Assembly: GCF_001457595.1 (NCBI RefSeq)
Contig: NZ_LN831039.1
Coordinates: 960,001-992,000, forward strand
Length of the DNA: 32,000 bases
Direction of reading: 5' to 3'
From: Mycolicibacterium smegmatis
GTDB taxonomy: Bacteria; Actinomycetota; Actinomycetes; Mycobacteriales; Mycobacteriaceae
Each line of letters starts with the position of its first letter. Within the stretch, counting starts at the first letter, position 1. Both the position numbers and the translations under genes were made by a program. The notes beneath the pieces were generated by a model, which was not told where the DNA came from, made no database searches, and was given only the letters and a program-made list of their open reading frames with translations. Positions 16,812 to 28,400 of the stretch are shown one piece after another.

Positions 16812-17672
16812 TCACCTTCCCGGCTTGCGGAGACCCAGGCGCGCCATCGACCGCCGATGCGGCTGTGCACGACGGATGGCGCGGCGCGCGGCGCGCCGCT
16901 GTTTCGGTTTCACGTCCCACGACTCCGGATGGCTGGCCACCCAGTGCTTGGTGCGGACCGCGAACGGGATGTGGATCACGTAGGCCACGATGATGACCAT
17001 GATCACGATGTAGCCGTAGAACACCGACGCCGCAACGCCGATGGCCACCAGCACCAGCAGCGGGGCCGCCATGTTCGGCGACACCGAGAACGTGTGGATC
17101 TTGCGCATCGGGATCCGGCTGACCACCAGCAGCGAGACGCCGATCATCCAGATGATCACGACCCACTCGGCCGTCACGCTGTTCCACCACTCGCCGGGCC
17201 ACTGCATCTTGGCCGCCAGCGGGCCGATCGCGCCGATCGCACCCGCGGGGGCAGGCATGCCGACGAAGTACTCCTTCTCGTACGCGGGCTGGTCCACGTC
17301 CAGCAGCGCGTTGAACCGCGCGAGCCGCAACACGATGCAGACCGCATAGAGCAGCACCACGATCCAGCCCACCCGCGAATGCGACAGCAGCGTGCCGTAC
17401 ACGATGAACGCAGGTGCCACACCGAAGTTCACGGCGTCGGCCAGCGAGTCGATCTCCTCGCCCATCTTCGAGGTGGCCTTGAGCATGCGGGCCACCCGCC
17501 CGTCGAGTGCGTCGAGGATCGCCGCGGCCGCCAGGAACGCCATGGCCTCGGTCGGCCGGTTGTCCAGGGCCATCTTGACCGCGCTGAGACCCAGGCAGAT
17601 GGCCGCCACCGTCAGCGCGCTCGGCAGCATGCGGACCGTGAAGGACGGGCGCTTGATGCGGGCCTTGATCAT
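16812..17672 (-). CDS. pssA: CDP-diacylglycerol--serine O-phosphatidyltransferase
   Basis: ATG at 17672; [36 protein letters not shown], the CDP-alcohol phosphotransferase motif; adjacent to psd. Confidence 0.93.
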   Translation of the reverse strand: MIKARIKRPSFTVRMLPSALTVAAICLGLSAVKMALDNRPTEAMAFLAAAAILDALDGRVARMLKATSKMGEEIDSLADAVNFGVAPAFIVYGTLLSHSRVGWIVVLLYAVCIVLRLARFNALLDVDQPAYEKEYFVGMPAPAGAIGAIGPLAAKMQWPGEWWNSVTAEWVVIIWMIGVSLLVVSRIPMRKIHTFSVSPNMAAPLLVLVAIGVAASVFYGYIVIMVIIVAYVIHIPFAVRTKHWVASHPESWDVKPKQRRAARRAIRRAQPHRRSMARLGLRKPGR

Positions 17673-18367
17673 GCGAGCTCCGCCAGCACCGTTTCGCCGG
17701 CCAGGGTGCGCTGACCGTGAGAGACGAGCACCCTGGCGTCCGCAGGGAAGTAGGTGTCCAGGCGCGAACCGTAGCGGATCAGGCCGTAGGTGTCGCCGAT
17801 CGAGAGCTTGTCGCCGACGTGGACGTCGCACACGATGCGCCGCGCGATCAGACCGGCGATCTGCACCGCGATGATGTGCACACCCTCGGGGGTGCGGATG
17901 ACGACACTGTTGCGTTCGTTGTCCTCACTGGCGGCTTCCAACTCGGCCGAGTGGAAGCGGCCGGGCCGGTGACGCACAGCGACCACCTCGCCGCCGATCG
18001 GCGCGCGCTGCACGTGCGCGTCGAGCACCGACAGGAAGATGCTGACGCGTTGCATCGGGATATCCGGCAGTCCCAGTTCGGCCGGGGGCGTGGCCTCGCC
18101 CAGCAGGCAGATCAGCCCGTCGGCCGGCGCCACCACGACGCCCGGCCGGGTCGGTGGGACCCGCGGCGGGTGCCGGAAGAACGCGGCATTGGCGCCCGCC
18201 GAGATCAGTCCCGCGCGCCGCATCCACCGCCGCTTGCGGCCGAGCAGGGCGACCGCGAGGCTCGCGCCGACGAAAGGAAGGCCCGCCGAATGCATCGGCG
18301 GAATGCTGGAGCGCACCAGCGCCGCGAGGCGTTCTGGGCCGGATTGGAGATCGGGGCGTCTGGCCAT
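17669..18367 (-). CDS. psd: Phosphatidylserine decarboxylase
   Basis: 232 aa; [41 protein letters not shown], and the C-terminal [12 protein letters not shown] processing-site region. Confidence 0.93.
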   Translation of the reverse strand: MARRPDLQSGPERLAALVRSSIPPMHSAGLPFVGASLAVALLGRKRRWMRRAGLISAGANAAFFRHPPRVPPTRPGVVVAPADGLICLLGEATPPAELGLPDIPMQRVSIFLSVLDAHVQRAPIGGEVVAVRHRPGRFHSAELEAASEDNERNSVVIRTPEGVHIIAVQIAGLIARRIVCDVHVGDKLSIGDTYGLIRYGSRLDTYFPADARVLVSHGQRTLAGETVLAELA

Positions 18368-18402
18368 CGGCTGGATTCTACGTGCGACGGGTGCCGTGAT
18401 CG

Positions 18403-19590
18403 CTAGCTCAGGTCCCAGACCTGGACCGACGTCCCGGCGGGCACCTCGGTGAGGTCTTCGCCGATCTCCAGCAGACAGTTCGCCGAGGCCAGCCAGCGCA
18501 GGTGATGCGACGCCGGAGGCCCGTAGCTGGTGACGGTGTCGCCGGTGAGCACCCCGCGGCGGAACTGGCGTTTGCCTGCCGGTGAGGTGAGCGACTCGGT
18601 GAGCGTCGCGGTGAGCTTGGGCCGTTCCGGTTCGGGGTGCCCCATCGCCGCGCGCAGCGGCGCGCGGACGAACACCTCGAACGACACGAGCGCGCTGACC
18701 GGGTTGCCGGGCAAGGTGATGATGGGCGTGGAGCCGACGACACCGGAACCCTGAGGCATGCCGGGCTGCATCGCGACCTTGACGAAGTCGACCTGCTCGG
18801 CCAGGGCGTCCTTGACCACTTCGTAGGCGCCCGCGCTGACACCGCCCGTGGTGATGATCAGGTCGATGTCGCGGGCGTGCTCGGCGAGCACCGCGCGGAA
18901 GTTGTCGACGTCGTCGTGCGACATGGGCGACGAGATCACCTGCGCGCCGGCGTCGCGGACCGCGGCGGAGAGCATCACGGCGTTCGACTCGTAGATCTGC
19001 CCGGGCTGCAGCGGCGTGCCCGGTTTGACGAGTTCGCTCCCGGTGGACATCACCATCACGCGCTGTGGCGGGATGACGGTCAGCTCGGCCAGTCCGAGGG
19101 CCGCGGCCAGGCCCAGCGCGGCCGGGGTGACCATCTGACCGGCGTGCAGCACCGTGGTGCCTGCCGTGACGTCCTCGCCCGCGCGGCGGATGTGCTGGCC
19201 CGGCCGTGCGGCCGCGCGGATGGTCACCGTGTCGGTCGCGCCGTCGGTGGCCTCGACCGGGATCACCGCGGTAGCGCCGGCCGGAACCGGTGCACCCGTC
19301 ATGATCCGGTGTGCCGTACCGACTTTCAGAGTCAGCGCGTCGGTGCGCCCGGCCGGGATGTCCTCGGCGACGGGCAGCAGCACCGGGGTGTCGGCCGTCG
19401 CGCAGGCGATGTCCTCGGCCACGACGGCGTAACCGTCCATCGCCGAGTTGTCGAACCCCGGGAGCGAGAGCGGCGCCACGACATCGGACGCGAGCACCAG
19501 GCCCAGCGCGTCGGCGATCGGAACGGATTGCGGGTCACGGGCTTTGATCAGGCCTGCGACGATTCTCTGGTGTTCTTCGACGGTACGCAT
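18403..19590 (-). CDS. moeA: Molybdopterin molybdotransferase
   Basis: ATG at 19590; [72 protein letters not shown]. Confidence 0.95.
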   Translation of the reverse strand: MRTVEEHQRIVAGLIKARDPQSVPIADALGLVLASDVVAPLSLPGFDNSAMDGYAVVAEDIACATADTPVLLPVAEDIPAGRTDALTLKVGTAHRIMTGAPVPAGATAVIPVEATDGATDTVTIRAAARPGQHIRRAGEDVTAGTTVLHAGQMVTPAALGLAAALGLAELTVIPPQRVMVMSTGSELVKPGTPLQPGQIYESNAVMLSAAVRDAGAQVISSPMSHDDVDNFRAVLAEHARDIDLIITTGGVSAGAYEVVKDALAEQVDFVKVAMQPGMPQGSGVVGSTPIITLPGNPVSALVSFEVFVRAPLRAAMGHPEPERPKLTATLTESLTSPAGKRQFRRGVLTGDTVTSYGPPASHHLRWLASANCLLEIGEDLTEVPAGTSVQVWDLS

Positions 19591-19595
19591 GATCC

Positions 19596-20519
19596 TCACA
19601 CCGGGTAGCTGACGCCGGTCAGCTCTTCTGAGACGGCCCACAACCGGCGTTGCAACTCCGGATCACGGGACTGGGAACTGGATTTCACGAGCTTGGGGTG
19701 TCCGCGCACCTCGCGGAACCCGTCCGGGCCGTAGTACTCGCCGCCCTTGACGCCGGGATCGGTGGCCGCGCGCAGCGTCGCCAGCGCGCCCATCAGCGGG
19801 CTGTTGGAGAACAGGCTCGCGATCTGGTGGTAGCCGGGCAGCCCGGTGCCGGGGATGTGCCGCATGAGTTCGGTGTTCGACAAACCGGGATGGGCGGCCA
19901 CCGAGATGGTCGGCTTGCCTGCCGCGGCGAGGCGACGCTGAAGTTCGTACGCGAACAACAGATTCGCGAGCTTGGACTGGCCGTACGCCTCGACCCGGTT
20001 GTAGCGGCGTTCCCACTGCAGATCCTCGAAGTGGATCTTGGCGCGGATGCGGTGGGCCACGCTGGCGACGGCCACCACGCGGGAGCCCTCGACCGGCAGC
20101 AGGTTGTCGATGAGCAGACCCGTCAGCGCGAACGGCCCCAGATGGTTGGTGCCGAACTGCAGCTCGAACCCGTCGACGGTGGTCTGCTTGGGCGGATACA
20201 TCACGCCGGCGTTGTTGATCAGCAGGTCGATGTGCGGGTAGGCGCTCTTGAGTTCGTCGGCCGCGGTGCGTACGGAATCCAGTGACCCCACGTCCAGCTT
20301 CTGCAGCTTCAGATCGGCCTTGGGTGTCGAGGCCATGATCCGGTCCACGGCATCGCGGCCCTTGTCCAGGTTGCGCACCGCGATGACCACGTGCGCGCCC
20401 TTGGCGGCCAGCACCCTCGCGGTCTCGTAACCCAGTCCGGTGTTGGATCCGGTGACGATGGCCACCCGGCCTGATTGATCGGGAACGTCGGCCTCGGTCC
20501 ACTTCGTGTCGGCGCTCAT
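19596..20519 (-). CDS. Short-chain dehydrogenase/reductase (oxidoreductase)
   Basis: ATG at 20519; VAIVTGSNTGLGYETARVLAAKGAHVV, LINNAGVMYPP, YGQSKLANLLFAYEL. Confidence 0.93.
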   Translation of the reverse strand: MSADTKWTEADVPDQSGRVAIVTGSNTGLGYETARVLAAKGAHVVIAVRNLDKGRDAVDRIMASTPKADLKLQKLDVGSLDSVRTAADELKSAYPHIDLLINNAGVMYPPKQTTVDGFELQFGTNHLGPFALTGLLIDNLLPVEGSRVVAVASVAHRIRAKIHFEDLQWERRYNRVEAYGQSKLANLLFAYELQRRLAAAGKPTISVAAHPGLSNTELMRHIPGTGLPGYHQIASLFSNSPLMGALATLRAATDPGVKGGEYYGPDGFREVRGHPKLVKSSSQSRDPELQRRLWAVSEELTGVSYPV

Positions 20520-20556
20520 GGCTCGAACAATACGGTTCCTCGGGCATGCTCGACGC

Positions 20557-21096
20557 ATGGACCGCGAAGGTGAGGAGTATTCGGGCAGCACCGCATCGGG
20601 ATTGGTTTTGCTCGACCCGTCGAACCCGCCGAGCCGCAAGGCGCCCCTGGCGTGGGCGATGGGTGCGGCGATCCCGTGGTCGATGCTGGTCTTCGGACAG
20701 CTCGTGTGGCTTCTGTTCGATCGCAGGATGCTGTGGCTGCACGGTCTGGCCGCGGTCGCCACGGCGGCGGGCATCGTGCTGTTCGTGGTGATCGTGCCGC
20801 TGTGGCGGTACCGCGTGCACCGGTGGGACATCAGCGTCGACACCGCGACACCCGCGGTGTACACCCGCACGGGGTGGCTCGTGCAGGAGCGGCGCATCGC
20901 GCCGATCTCCCGCGTGCAGACCGTGGACACCTACCGCGGTCCGTTGGACCGGTTGTTCGGCCTGGCCAACGTGACCGTGACGACGGCGTCTTCGGCCGGG
21001 GCCGTCCGCATCGTCGCACTCGACGTCGACGTCGCCGACCGGGTGGTGGCGCTGCTGACCGACATCGCCGCGATCGGTGAACAGGACGCCACATGA
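20557..21096 (+). CDS. PH domain (bPH2/YdbS-like) membrane protein
   Basis: ATG at 20557; two TMs then YRVHRWDISVDTATPAVYTRTGWLVQERRIAPISRVQTVDTYRGPLDRLFGLANVTVTTASSAG. Confidence 0.88.
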   Translation: MDREGEEYSGSTASGLVLLDPSNPPSRKAPLAWAMGAAIPWSMLVFGQLVWLLFDRRMLWLHGLAAVATAAGIVLFVVIVPLWRYRVHRWDISVDTATPAVYTRTGWLVQERRIAPISRVQTVDTYRGPLDRLFGLANVTVTTASSAGAVRIVALDVDVADRVVALLTDIAAIGEQDAT

Positions 21097-22592
21097 CCGC
21101 ACCACCGCAACCGCCCGGTGCCGGGCCGCAGTGGCAGCGGCTGAGCCCACGCATGCTGCTGGTGCATCCGGTACACGAAGTGCTGCAGCAGATACCGCTG
21201 CTGGTCGGTTCGGTGGTGCTGGGGTCGGCGACCGGCAACCCGCTGTGGACGGTGGCCGCGATCGTGCTGACCATCCTGTTCGGGCTGGCGCGGTGGTTCA
21301 CCACCACCTACCGCATCGAACCGAACGAGGTGCAACTGCGCACCGGCGTGCTGCAACGCAAGGTTCTTGCGGTGCCGCGCAACCGGATTCGTTCGGTGTC
21401 CACCGACGCGCGGCTGCTGCACCGCGTCATGGGGCTCACCGTGCTGCGGATCAGCACCGGCCAGGAGGCCAAGGGCGACGCCGAGTTCGCGCTCGACGCC
21501 GTCGAAGCCGGTCAGGTGCCGCGGCTGCGTGCGATCCTGCTGGCCGATCTGGCCGACGCGAGTCCCGAGGAGCACGTGCCCGCTGGACGTGAACTCGCCC
21601 GCTGGCAGCCGGCCTGGCTGCGGTACAGCCCGCTGAGCTTCACGGGCCTGGCAATGATCCTCGCGGCGTTCGGCATCGTGTACCAGGCAGGGGCGGGTGC
21701 GCTGATGCGCGATTCGGCGTTCGCGCAGTCCGGTCTGGATGCCGCCGAACGACTCGGTGTCGCGGTCAGCATCGCGATCGTGGTGGGTGCGGTGCTGGTC
21801 GCCTCGGTCGTGCTGTCGGTGCTGCGCTCGTTGCTGACGTACGGGAATCTGGTGCTGACGCGGCGGGACGGCCCAGGCGGTGACGGAGTACTTCACTTGC
21901 AGCACGGGTTGCTGCGCGTGCGTGAACACACCTACGACACGCGTCGGCTGCGCGGCGGGACGCTGCGTGAACCGTTGCTGGTGCGCATGTTCGGCGGTGC
22001 GCGACTCGATGCGGTGATGACGGGCATCGGCGGCGAGGGCGAGGCGTCGCTGCTGTTGCCGCCGTGCCCGGCAGCGACGGCCCGTGGTGTGTTGACCGCG
22101 CTCATCGGGCGTCCCGACGCGGTGTCGGGCCCGTTGCGTCCCCACGGGCCCGCCGCCACGCGCCGCCGCTGGACCCGCGCCCTGGTACTGCCGGTGATCG
22201 CGCTGCCCGTGCTCGCCGTCGTCGGCGTCCCGGTGTGGGCATGGGTCCTGTGGGCGCTGGTCACGGTGGCCGCGGCGCTGCTGGCGGCCGACCGGTCACG
22301 CGCGCTGGGCCACCGCGTCGACGGCGACTGGCTGGTGGCGCAGGCCGGAAGCGTCGAACGCCGGCGTGACTGCCTGCACACCGACGGCATCATCGGCTGG
22401 ACGGTCCGGCAGACACTGCTGCAACGTCGCGCCGGGGTCGCCACGCTGATCGCGGCGACCGCCGCGGGCCAGAAGCGCTACGAGGTGATCGACGTCCCCG
22501 CGGGACAGGCGTGGGCGATTGCTGCCGCGGGGACGCCGTGGATAGCAGACAGTGTCTGGGCCCACACACCCGTGGGGTTCGACTTGCGCTGA
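21093..22592 (+). CDS. PH domain (bPH2/YdbT-like) membrane protein, 499 aa
   Basis: Multiple repeated TM pairs and bPH2 motifs (YRIEPNEVQLRTGVLQRKVLAVPRNRIRSVSTDARLLHRVMGLTVLRI..., HRVDGDWLVAQAGSVERRRDCLHTDGIIGWTVRQTLLQRRAGVATLIAAT). Confidence 0.88.
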   Translation: MTAPPQPPGAGPQWQRLSPRMLLVHPVHEVLQQIPLLVGSVVLGSATGNPLWTVAAIVLTILFGLARWFTTTYRIEPNEVQLRTGVLQRKVLAVPRNRIRSVSTDARLLHRVMGLTVLRISTGQEAKGDAEFALDAVEAGQVPRLRAILLADLADASPEEHVPAGRELARWQPAWLRYSPLSFTGLAMILAAFGIVYQAGAGALMRDSAFAQSGLDAAERLGVAVSIAIVVGAVLVASVVLSVLRSLLTYGNLVLTRRDGPGGDGVLHLQHGLLRVREHTYDTRRLRGGTLREPLLVRMFGGARLDAVMTGIGGEGEASLLLPPCPAATARGVLTALIGRPDAVSGPLRPHGPAATRRRWTRALVLPVIALPVLAVVGVPVWAWVLWALVTVAAALLAADRSRALGHRVDGDWLVAQAGSVERRRDCLHTDGIIGWTVRQTLLQRRAGVATLIAATAAGQKRYEVIDVPAGQAWAIAAAGTPWIADSVWAHTPVGFDLR

Positions 22593-22617
22593 AACTCCCG
22601 GCGTTTAATGTCGCTGC

Positions 22618-23433
22618 ATGGCTATCGGTGGTGTGCTCTTCGACATCGATGGTGTGCTGGTGACGTCATGGCAACCGATCGAAGGTGCGGCCCAGACGTT
22701 GCGGGTGCTGGCCGACAACCAGATCGCGCGGTCGTACCTGACCAACACCACCACCAAGACCCGCGTCCAGATCGCCGAACTGCTGACCGCGGCCGGGATG
22801 GACGTCTCACCCGATGAGGTGATCACCGCTGCGGTGCTGACGGCGGAGTACGTGCGTGATCGTTTTCCGGGCGCACGGTGCTTCCTGGTCAACAGCGGCC
22901 GCATCGACGAGGACATGCCCGGCGTCGACGTCGTCTACTCCAGTGAGTTCAGCGGCCCACGCGCCCCGGAGGCTCCCGACGTGGTGCTGCTGGGCGGGGC
23001 CGGACCCGAATACAGCCATCTGACCCTCAGTTGGGTGTACGACTGGATGGCCCAGGGCGTGCCCGTGGTCGCGATGCACCGCAGCACCTCGTGGACCACC
23101 ACCGACGGGTTGCGCGTGGACACCGGCATGTACCTGATCGGCATGGAGGAGACCTCGGGCCGCAAGGCCACCGCCGTCGGAAAGCCTGCGCCGGAAGGTT
23201 TCCTGGCCGCCGCGAGCCGGCTCGGTGTGGACCCCGACGAGATGTACATGATCGGCGACGACCTCAACAACGACGTGCTGGCCGCGCAGGTGGTCGGCAT
23301 GACCGGCGTGCTGGTGCGCACCGGCAAGTTCCGGCAGAGTGTGCTGGACCGCTGGGCCGCAGACGATTTCGCGATGCAGCCCAACCATGTGATCGACTCG
23401 GTCGCCGATCTGCCTGCGCTGCTGGGCCTTTAG
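22618..23433 (+). CDS. HAD-superfamily subfamily IIA hydrolase
   Basis: GVLFDIDGVLVTSWQPIEGAAQTLRVLADNQIARSYLTNTTTKTR... and KPAPEGFLAAASRLGVDPDEMYMIGDDLNNDVLAAQVVGMTGVLVRTGKF. Confidence 0.92.
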   Translation: MAIGGVLFDIDGVLVTSWQPIEGAAQTLRVLADNQIARSYLTNTTTKTRVQIAELLTAAGMDVSPDEVITAAVLTAEYVRDRFPGARCFLVNSGRIDEDMPGVDVVYSSEFSGPRAPEAPDVVLLGGAGPEYSHLTLSWVYDWMAQGVPVVAMHRSTSWTTTDGLRVDTGMYLIGMEETSGRKATAVGKPAPEGFLAAASRLGVDPDEMYMIGDDLNNDVLAAQVVGMTGVLVRTGKFRQSVLDRWAADDFAMQPNHVIDSVADLPALLGL

Positions 23434-25136
23434 GGGTTGAGCCGGCGGACCGCCTCGATGCGCTCCTTGAGCTGCTCGGTGGTGGCCGCGGCCACCGGCG
23501 GCCCACCGCAGATGCGCCGCAACTCGTTGTGGATCCAGCCGTGCGGCTTGCCCGTGCGGTGGTGCGCGATGGTCACCAGCGCGTTGAGTTCCTTTCGCAG
23601 CTCCCGCAATTGGCCGTGCGTGGTGCGCGGCGGCGGGGGAGCGCCGGTCTCGGCGGCGACGGCCGTGCGCTTGGTGAGCTGTTCCTCCTGGCGGCGGCGC
23701 AGCAGGTCCCGCATCTGCTCGGCGTCGAGCAGGCCGGGGATGCCGAGATAGTCGGCCTCCTCGTCGCTGCCTGCCGGTGTCGCGGTGCCCCACGAGGCAC
23801 CGTCGAAGATGACCTGATCCAATTCGGCGTCGGCACCGAGGTATTCGAACCCGTTCTCGAGCTCGCTCTTCTCGTCCTTGCGTTTCTCGGCGTCTTCGAG
23901 TGCCGCGTCGTCGAGCCCGTCGGACTCGCGGTGCGGCTTGCCCAGCACGTGGTTGCGCTGGGCCTCCATCTCAGAGGCCAGCAGCAACAGGTTCGGCACG
24001 GACGGCAGGAAGATGCTCGCGGTCTCACCCTGGCGCCGCGACCGCACGAAGCGTCCGATGGCCTGTGCGAAGAACAGCGGGGTCGACGCGCTCGTCGCGT
24101 ACACGCCGACCGACAGGCGCGGCACGTCGACGCCCTCGGACACCATGCGCACGGCGACCAGCCACTTGCTGTTGGACTCGGAGTACTGGCTGATGCGGTC
24201 GGAGGCGCTCGGGTCGTCCGAGAGCACGACCGTGGGCGTCTCACCGGTGATCTTGGTGAGCAGGTCCGCGTAGGCGCGCGCCGTGGTCTGGTTGGTCGCG
24301 ATGATCATGCCGCCCGCGTCGGGCACATGCTGACGCTTCTGCTCGAGGCGCCGGTCGGCGGCCTTGATGACCGCGGGCATCCACTCACCGGCCGGGTTGA
24401 GCGCCGTGCGCCAGGCGCGCGCGGTTTGCTCGGCGGTCAGTGGCTCGCCCAGACGCGCCGCGTGTTCCTCGCCGGCGCTGTCGCGCCAGCGGGCCTCACC
24501 CGAGTACGCCAGGAACACCACGGGCCGCACCACGCCGTCGGCGAGCGCGTCGGAGTAGCCGTACACATGGTCGGCCTGAGACCGCATGAAGCCGCTCTCG
24601 TCCGGTTCGTAGTTGACGAACGGGATGGGGCTGTCGTCGCTGCGGAACGGGGTACCGGTGAGTGCCAGGCGGCGGGTGGCGTCACTGTAGGCCTCCCGCA
24701 TCGCGTCGCCCCAGCTCTTGGCATCGCCGCCGTGGTGGATCTCGTCGAAGATCACCAGCGTCCGGTAGTTCTCGGTGCGCACCCGGTGGCGCGTCGGGTG
24801 GCTCGCGACCTGGGCGTAGGTGACCACCACGCCGTCGTACTCCGACGAGGTCTGCGAGTTCGAGTTGCTGAACTTCGGGTCCAGCGAGATGCCGTTGCGC
24901 GCGGCCGAGGCCGCCCACTGGATCTTCAGGTGCTCGGTCGGTACGACGACGGTGATCTTGTCCACGGTGCGGTCGGCGAGCAGTTCCGCGGCGATGCGCA
25001 GCGCAAACGTCGTCTTACCGGCACCAGGGGTCGCGACCAGGAGATAATCACGCGGCTTGGTGGTCAGATACTTCACCAGCGCCTTGCGCTGCCAGCCCCG
25101 CAATGCCTGGGTGCTGGGCGCCGAGTCAGCCCGCAC
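23430..25136 (-). CDS. DEAD/DEAH box helicase (SF2)
   Basis: GTG at 25136 preceded by AAAGGAG; DYLLVATPGAGKTTFALRIA (Walker A), LVIFDEIHHGG (DEIH), LALTGTPFRSDD (motif III-like), FFAQAIGRFVRSRR (motif VI). Confidence 0.92.
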   Translation of the reverse strand: MRADSAPSTQALRGWQRKALVKYLTTKPRDYLLVATPGAGKTTFALRIAAELLADRTVDKITVVVPTEHLKIQWAASAARNGISLDPKFSNSNSQTSSEYDGVVVTYAQVASHPTRHRVRTENYRTLVIFDEIHHGGDAKSWGDAMREAYSDATRRLALTGTPFRSDDSPIPFVNYEPDESGFMRSQADHVYGYSDALADGVVRPVVFLAYSGEARWRDSAGEEHAARLGEPLTAEQTARAWRTALNPAGEWMPAVIKAADRRLEQKRQHVPDAGGMIIATNQTTARAYADLLTKITGETPTVVLSDDPSASDRISQYSESNSKWLVAVRMVSEGVDVPRLSVGVYATSASTPLFFAQAIGRFVRSRRQGETASIFLPSVPNLLLLASEMEAQRNHVLGKPHRESDGLDDAALEDAEKRKDEKSELENGFEYLGADAELDQVIFDGASWGTATPAGSDEEADYLGIPGLLDAEQMRDLLRRRQEEQLTKRTAVAAETGAPPPPRTTHGQLRELRKELNALVTIAHHRTGKPHGWIHNELRRICGGPPVAAATTEQLKERIEAVRRLNP

Positions 25137-25336
25137 CCGAGGACTCCTTTCGTCGGAATGCAGTCTAGGCCAGGGCGTTCCGGAAGTGCATCTTGCCAGG
25201 AGCCGGCCGGGCGTGTCGCACGCGGGAAGGCTTGAGTTCTCGTGCGGCGAAGGCGTGCACCCGAGGTTGCTGAGCCGGTCGGTCGGGGTGGCGTCCGGGC
25301 CGCGGGCGGTGCGGAGCAAACGGATGTGACAAAAGA

Positions 25337-25372
25337 GGAAGCCTCGCACATCGTGTGATGTACGAGGCTTCC
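25337..25372 (-). terminator. Rho-independent terminator downstream of the PGRS-type gene
   Basis: GGAAGCCTCG-C-ACATC-GTGT-GATGT-A-CGAGGCTTCC hairpin (10-bp perfect outer stem and 5-bp inner stem), followed on the minus strand by TCTTTTG; located just past the gene stop at 25408. Confidence 0.8.
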
Positions 25373-25407
25373 GTACCTACTGGGGATCTACGCGGCCGTG
25401 CCCGTGA

Positions 25408-28400
25408 TCAGGGGTTGTTGGCGCCGGTGGTACCCGCGGTGCCCGGGGTGCCGTCCGCACCACCGTTGCCGCCGTCTCCACCGTTGCCCCCGTTCCCCGA
25501 TCCGCCTGCGGTGGTGCCACCGGTGCCACCGTTGCCGCCGGCCCCGCCGTCACCGTTGCCGCCCGGGCCCGGCTCGCTGCCGTCGCCGCCGTTGCCGCCG
25601 TTGCCGCCGGTGTTGTGCTCACCGTCGGCGGTCTGGCCGCCCGACTTCCAGACGCTGGTGTTGCCGCCGTCGCCGCCGTTGCCGCCGGTCGCTCCGCCGG
25701 TGCCGTTGACACCACCGTCGCCGCCGTTGCCGGCCACCGCCGAGGAGTTGGCGATCTTGCTGCCCGCGGGGCCGGCCGGGTCGTACGCCTGCACCCAGCC
25801 GTCGGCGCCCTTGCCGCCGTTGCCGCCGTTTCCGGCGCCGCCGTGTCCGGAGATCGCGGTGCTGTCGGTGATGGCACCGTGGATCGCGGCGATGTTGCTG
25901 AAGCCGCCGGCCCCGCCGGTCGCACCGGCCGCGGTCGCCGCGCCGCCGTCTCCACCGACGGCGGTGTTACCGGTGGCGACGCCGGTGGTCCCGGCCGCCA
26001 TCACCAGCGCGTTGCCGCCGTTGCCCGCGATTCCGCCGTTCGAGGCTTCGCCGCCCTTGCCCGCGGTGGCCGTGCCGGTGGCGTTGCCACCGAGGGTCGA
26101 GCCGTAGCCCGACTGGACCCAGGATGTTCCGCCCTTGCCGCCGTGGCTGGCCGCGCCGGTGGCCTTTCCGCCGGCACCGCCGGTCGCGGTGCCGATCGCG
26201 GAGCCTGGATTGGCCGCGTTCGCCGTCGTGTTGACGACGCCGTCTCCGCCGTTGCCGCCCAAGCCGCCGTCGATGCCGTCACCGCCGTTACCGCCGGCGC
26301 CGATGCCGGAGGCGACGGCGCTCGGGCCGTTGGCCTCGATGGTGCCCTGGCCGCCGTTGCCGCCGTGACCACCGTTGAAGCCGTTGCCGCCGTGGCCGCC
26401 CGTGGCCGTTCCGCTGGCCTGGGGATTCGCCTGAACCACGTTGTAGGCGACGATCGTCGCGGCGCCGCCGGTGCCACCGGTGGCGCCGAGGGTGCCGCCG
26501 TTGCCGCCGTCACCGCCGGTGGCGGTGCCGCTGGCGTTGCTGCCGATGACGGTCGCGCGGATCAGCGCCTCACCGCCGTCACCGCCCTTGCCGCCCCTGT
26601 GCCCGTCGGCGTCACCGTTGCCGCCCTTGCCGCCGTTGCCGCCGGTCGCCGTGCCGGTCGCGGTTCCGTTGTTGACCCGGATCCGGCCTGCGCCGCCGTT
26701 GCCGCCGTTGCCGCCGGCACCGGTGTGCGATGGGTCGACGTACGTGCCGCCGTTGCCGCCGTTTCCGCCGTTGCCGCCCTTGCCGCCGTTTCCGAAGCCG
26801 ACTCCGCCGGCCCCGCCGTTGCCGCCGAGCGCGCCGTCGCCGCCCCGGCCGCCGTCACCACCGTGACCACCGGTGCCGCCCTCACCCTCGCTGACACCAC
26901 CGGCGCCGCCTGCGCCACCGTTTCCGTTCGCACCGGCATTCACGAAGGTGCCGCCGTCACCGCCGCGGCCACCGTTGCCACCCGTGTCGGTCTGACCGGT
27001 CGAATGCTGACCGTTCGCCTTCCACACGGAGGCGCCCGCGCCATCGCCGCCCCGGCCGCCGATTGCCCCGCCGGTGCCGTTGAAGCCTCCGTCGCCACCG
27101 TTGCCGCCGGCTGCCTTGCCCTTGTCGATGGTGGTGCCCGCCGGGCCGTTCGGGTCGTAGGCCTGGACCCAGCCGTTGCCGCCGTTGCCGCCATTGCCGC
27201 CCTGAGCGGCGCCACCGTGTCCGGAGGTCGCCGAGCTGTCGGTGATCGAGCCGTGGATGGCGGCGATGTTGGTGAAGCCGCCGTTGCCGCCGACTGCACC
27301 GTTCGCACTGGCCGCGCCGCCGTTGCCGCCGATCGCGGTGTTGCCGGTGGCGACGCCGGTCGCCCCGGCCGCCATCACCAGGGCGTCGCCGCCGTTGCCG
27401 CCCTTACCGCCGTCGGACGCCTTGCCGCCGTGGCCTGCCTTGGCGGTACCGCTCGCCTTACCACCGGTGGTGGGGCCGTAGCCCGCCTGAACCCACGACG
27501 TTCCACCCCTGCCGCCCAGGCTGTCCGCACCGCTGGCCGAGCCGCCGTCACCGCCGGCGGAGATTCCGGTGGCCGAGCCGTCGGCACCTGAGTAGATCTC
27601 GCCCATGCCACCGGCGCCGCCCGTGCCGCCGTCGATTCCGTCGCCGCCACGGCCGCCGGTCGCGGTGCCGCCCACGGCGCCGTTGTTGCCGTAGGCGTAC
27701 ACCGAGCCGATCCCGCCGTTGCCGCCGATACCGGTTCCGGTCGAGTTGCCACCGTCGCCACCGCGCGCGGTGCCCTCGGCGGTGCTGCCTGTGCCTTCGG
27801 CGATGAGCCGGCCGGTTCCGCCGGTGCCGCCGGTGCCGCCCGCGGCAGTCGTCGAACCGTTGCCGCCGTTGCCGCCGTTGCCGCCGATGGCGTTGCCGTC
27901 GACGGTTCCGCCGTTGGCCCCGACCAGGATGGCGCCGCCACCGCCGCCACCACCGCCGCCGCCCTTGCCGGGCCCGGCGGCCGTGGACTGCCCGCCGGTG
28001 CCACCGGCACCGCCTGCCCCGCCGCGGGTCTCGGACCCGGCGGTGACGTTGGGACCCGAGATCAGCACGTAGCCGAATCCGCCGTTGCCGCCGTCACCGC
28101 CGTTGCCGGCGGCTCCTGCGGCACCCGTCGAGCCGCTGTGGCCCAACAGGCCGAAGAGCCCGCCACCGGTGCCACCGATCCCGCCGGTGCCCCCGGTGCC
28201 GCCGCCCGTTCCGCCCGTGCCGCCGGTCCCGCCGTCGACATGGGCCGAGGTGCCGTCGGCCCCGACGCCGCCGGTGCCGCCGTCCCCGCTCTGTCCGCCG
28301 GTTCCACCGTTTCCGCCGCTGGCGAACAAGAAGCCGGTGGCGTTGCCGCCGTTGCCGCCGTTGCCTCCGCCACTGCCGACGCCGCCGTTACCGCCGTTTC

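Noticed and set aside
23430-25136. Helicase as part of a phage-defence island
   Set aside because: It is a stand-alone gene between a HAD hydrolase and a PGRS-type gene, with no methyltransferase, nuclease or ATPase partners; a housekeeping-type conserved helicase is simpler.
23031-25235. 734-aa + strand ORF
   Set aside because: Shadow ORF antisense to the helicase, which has clear SF2 motifs; no recognisable domain.
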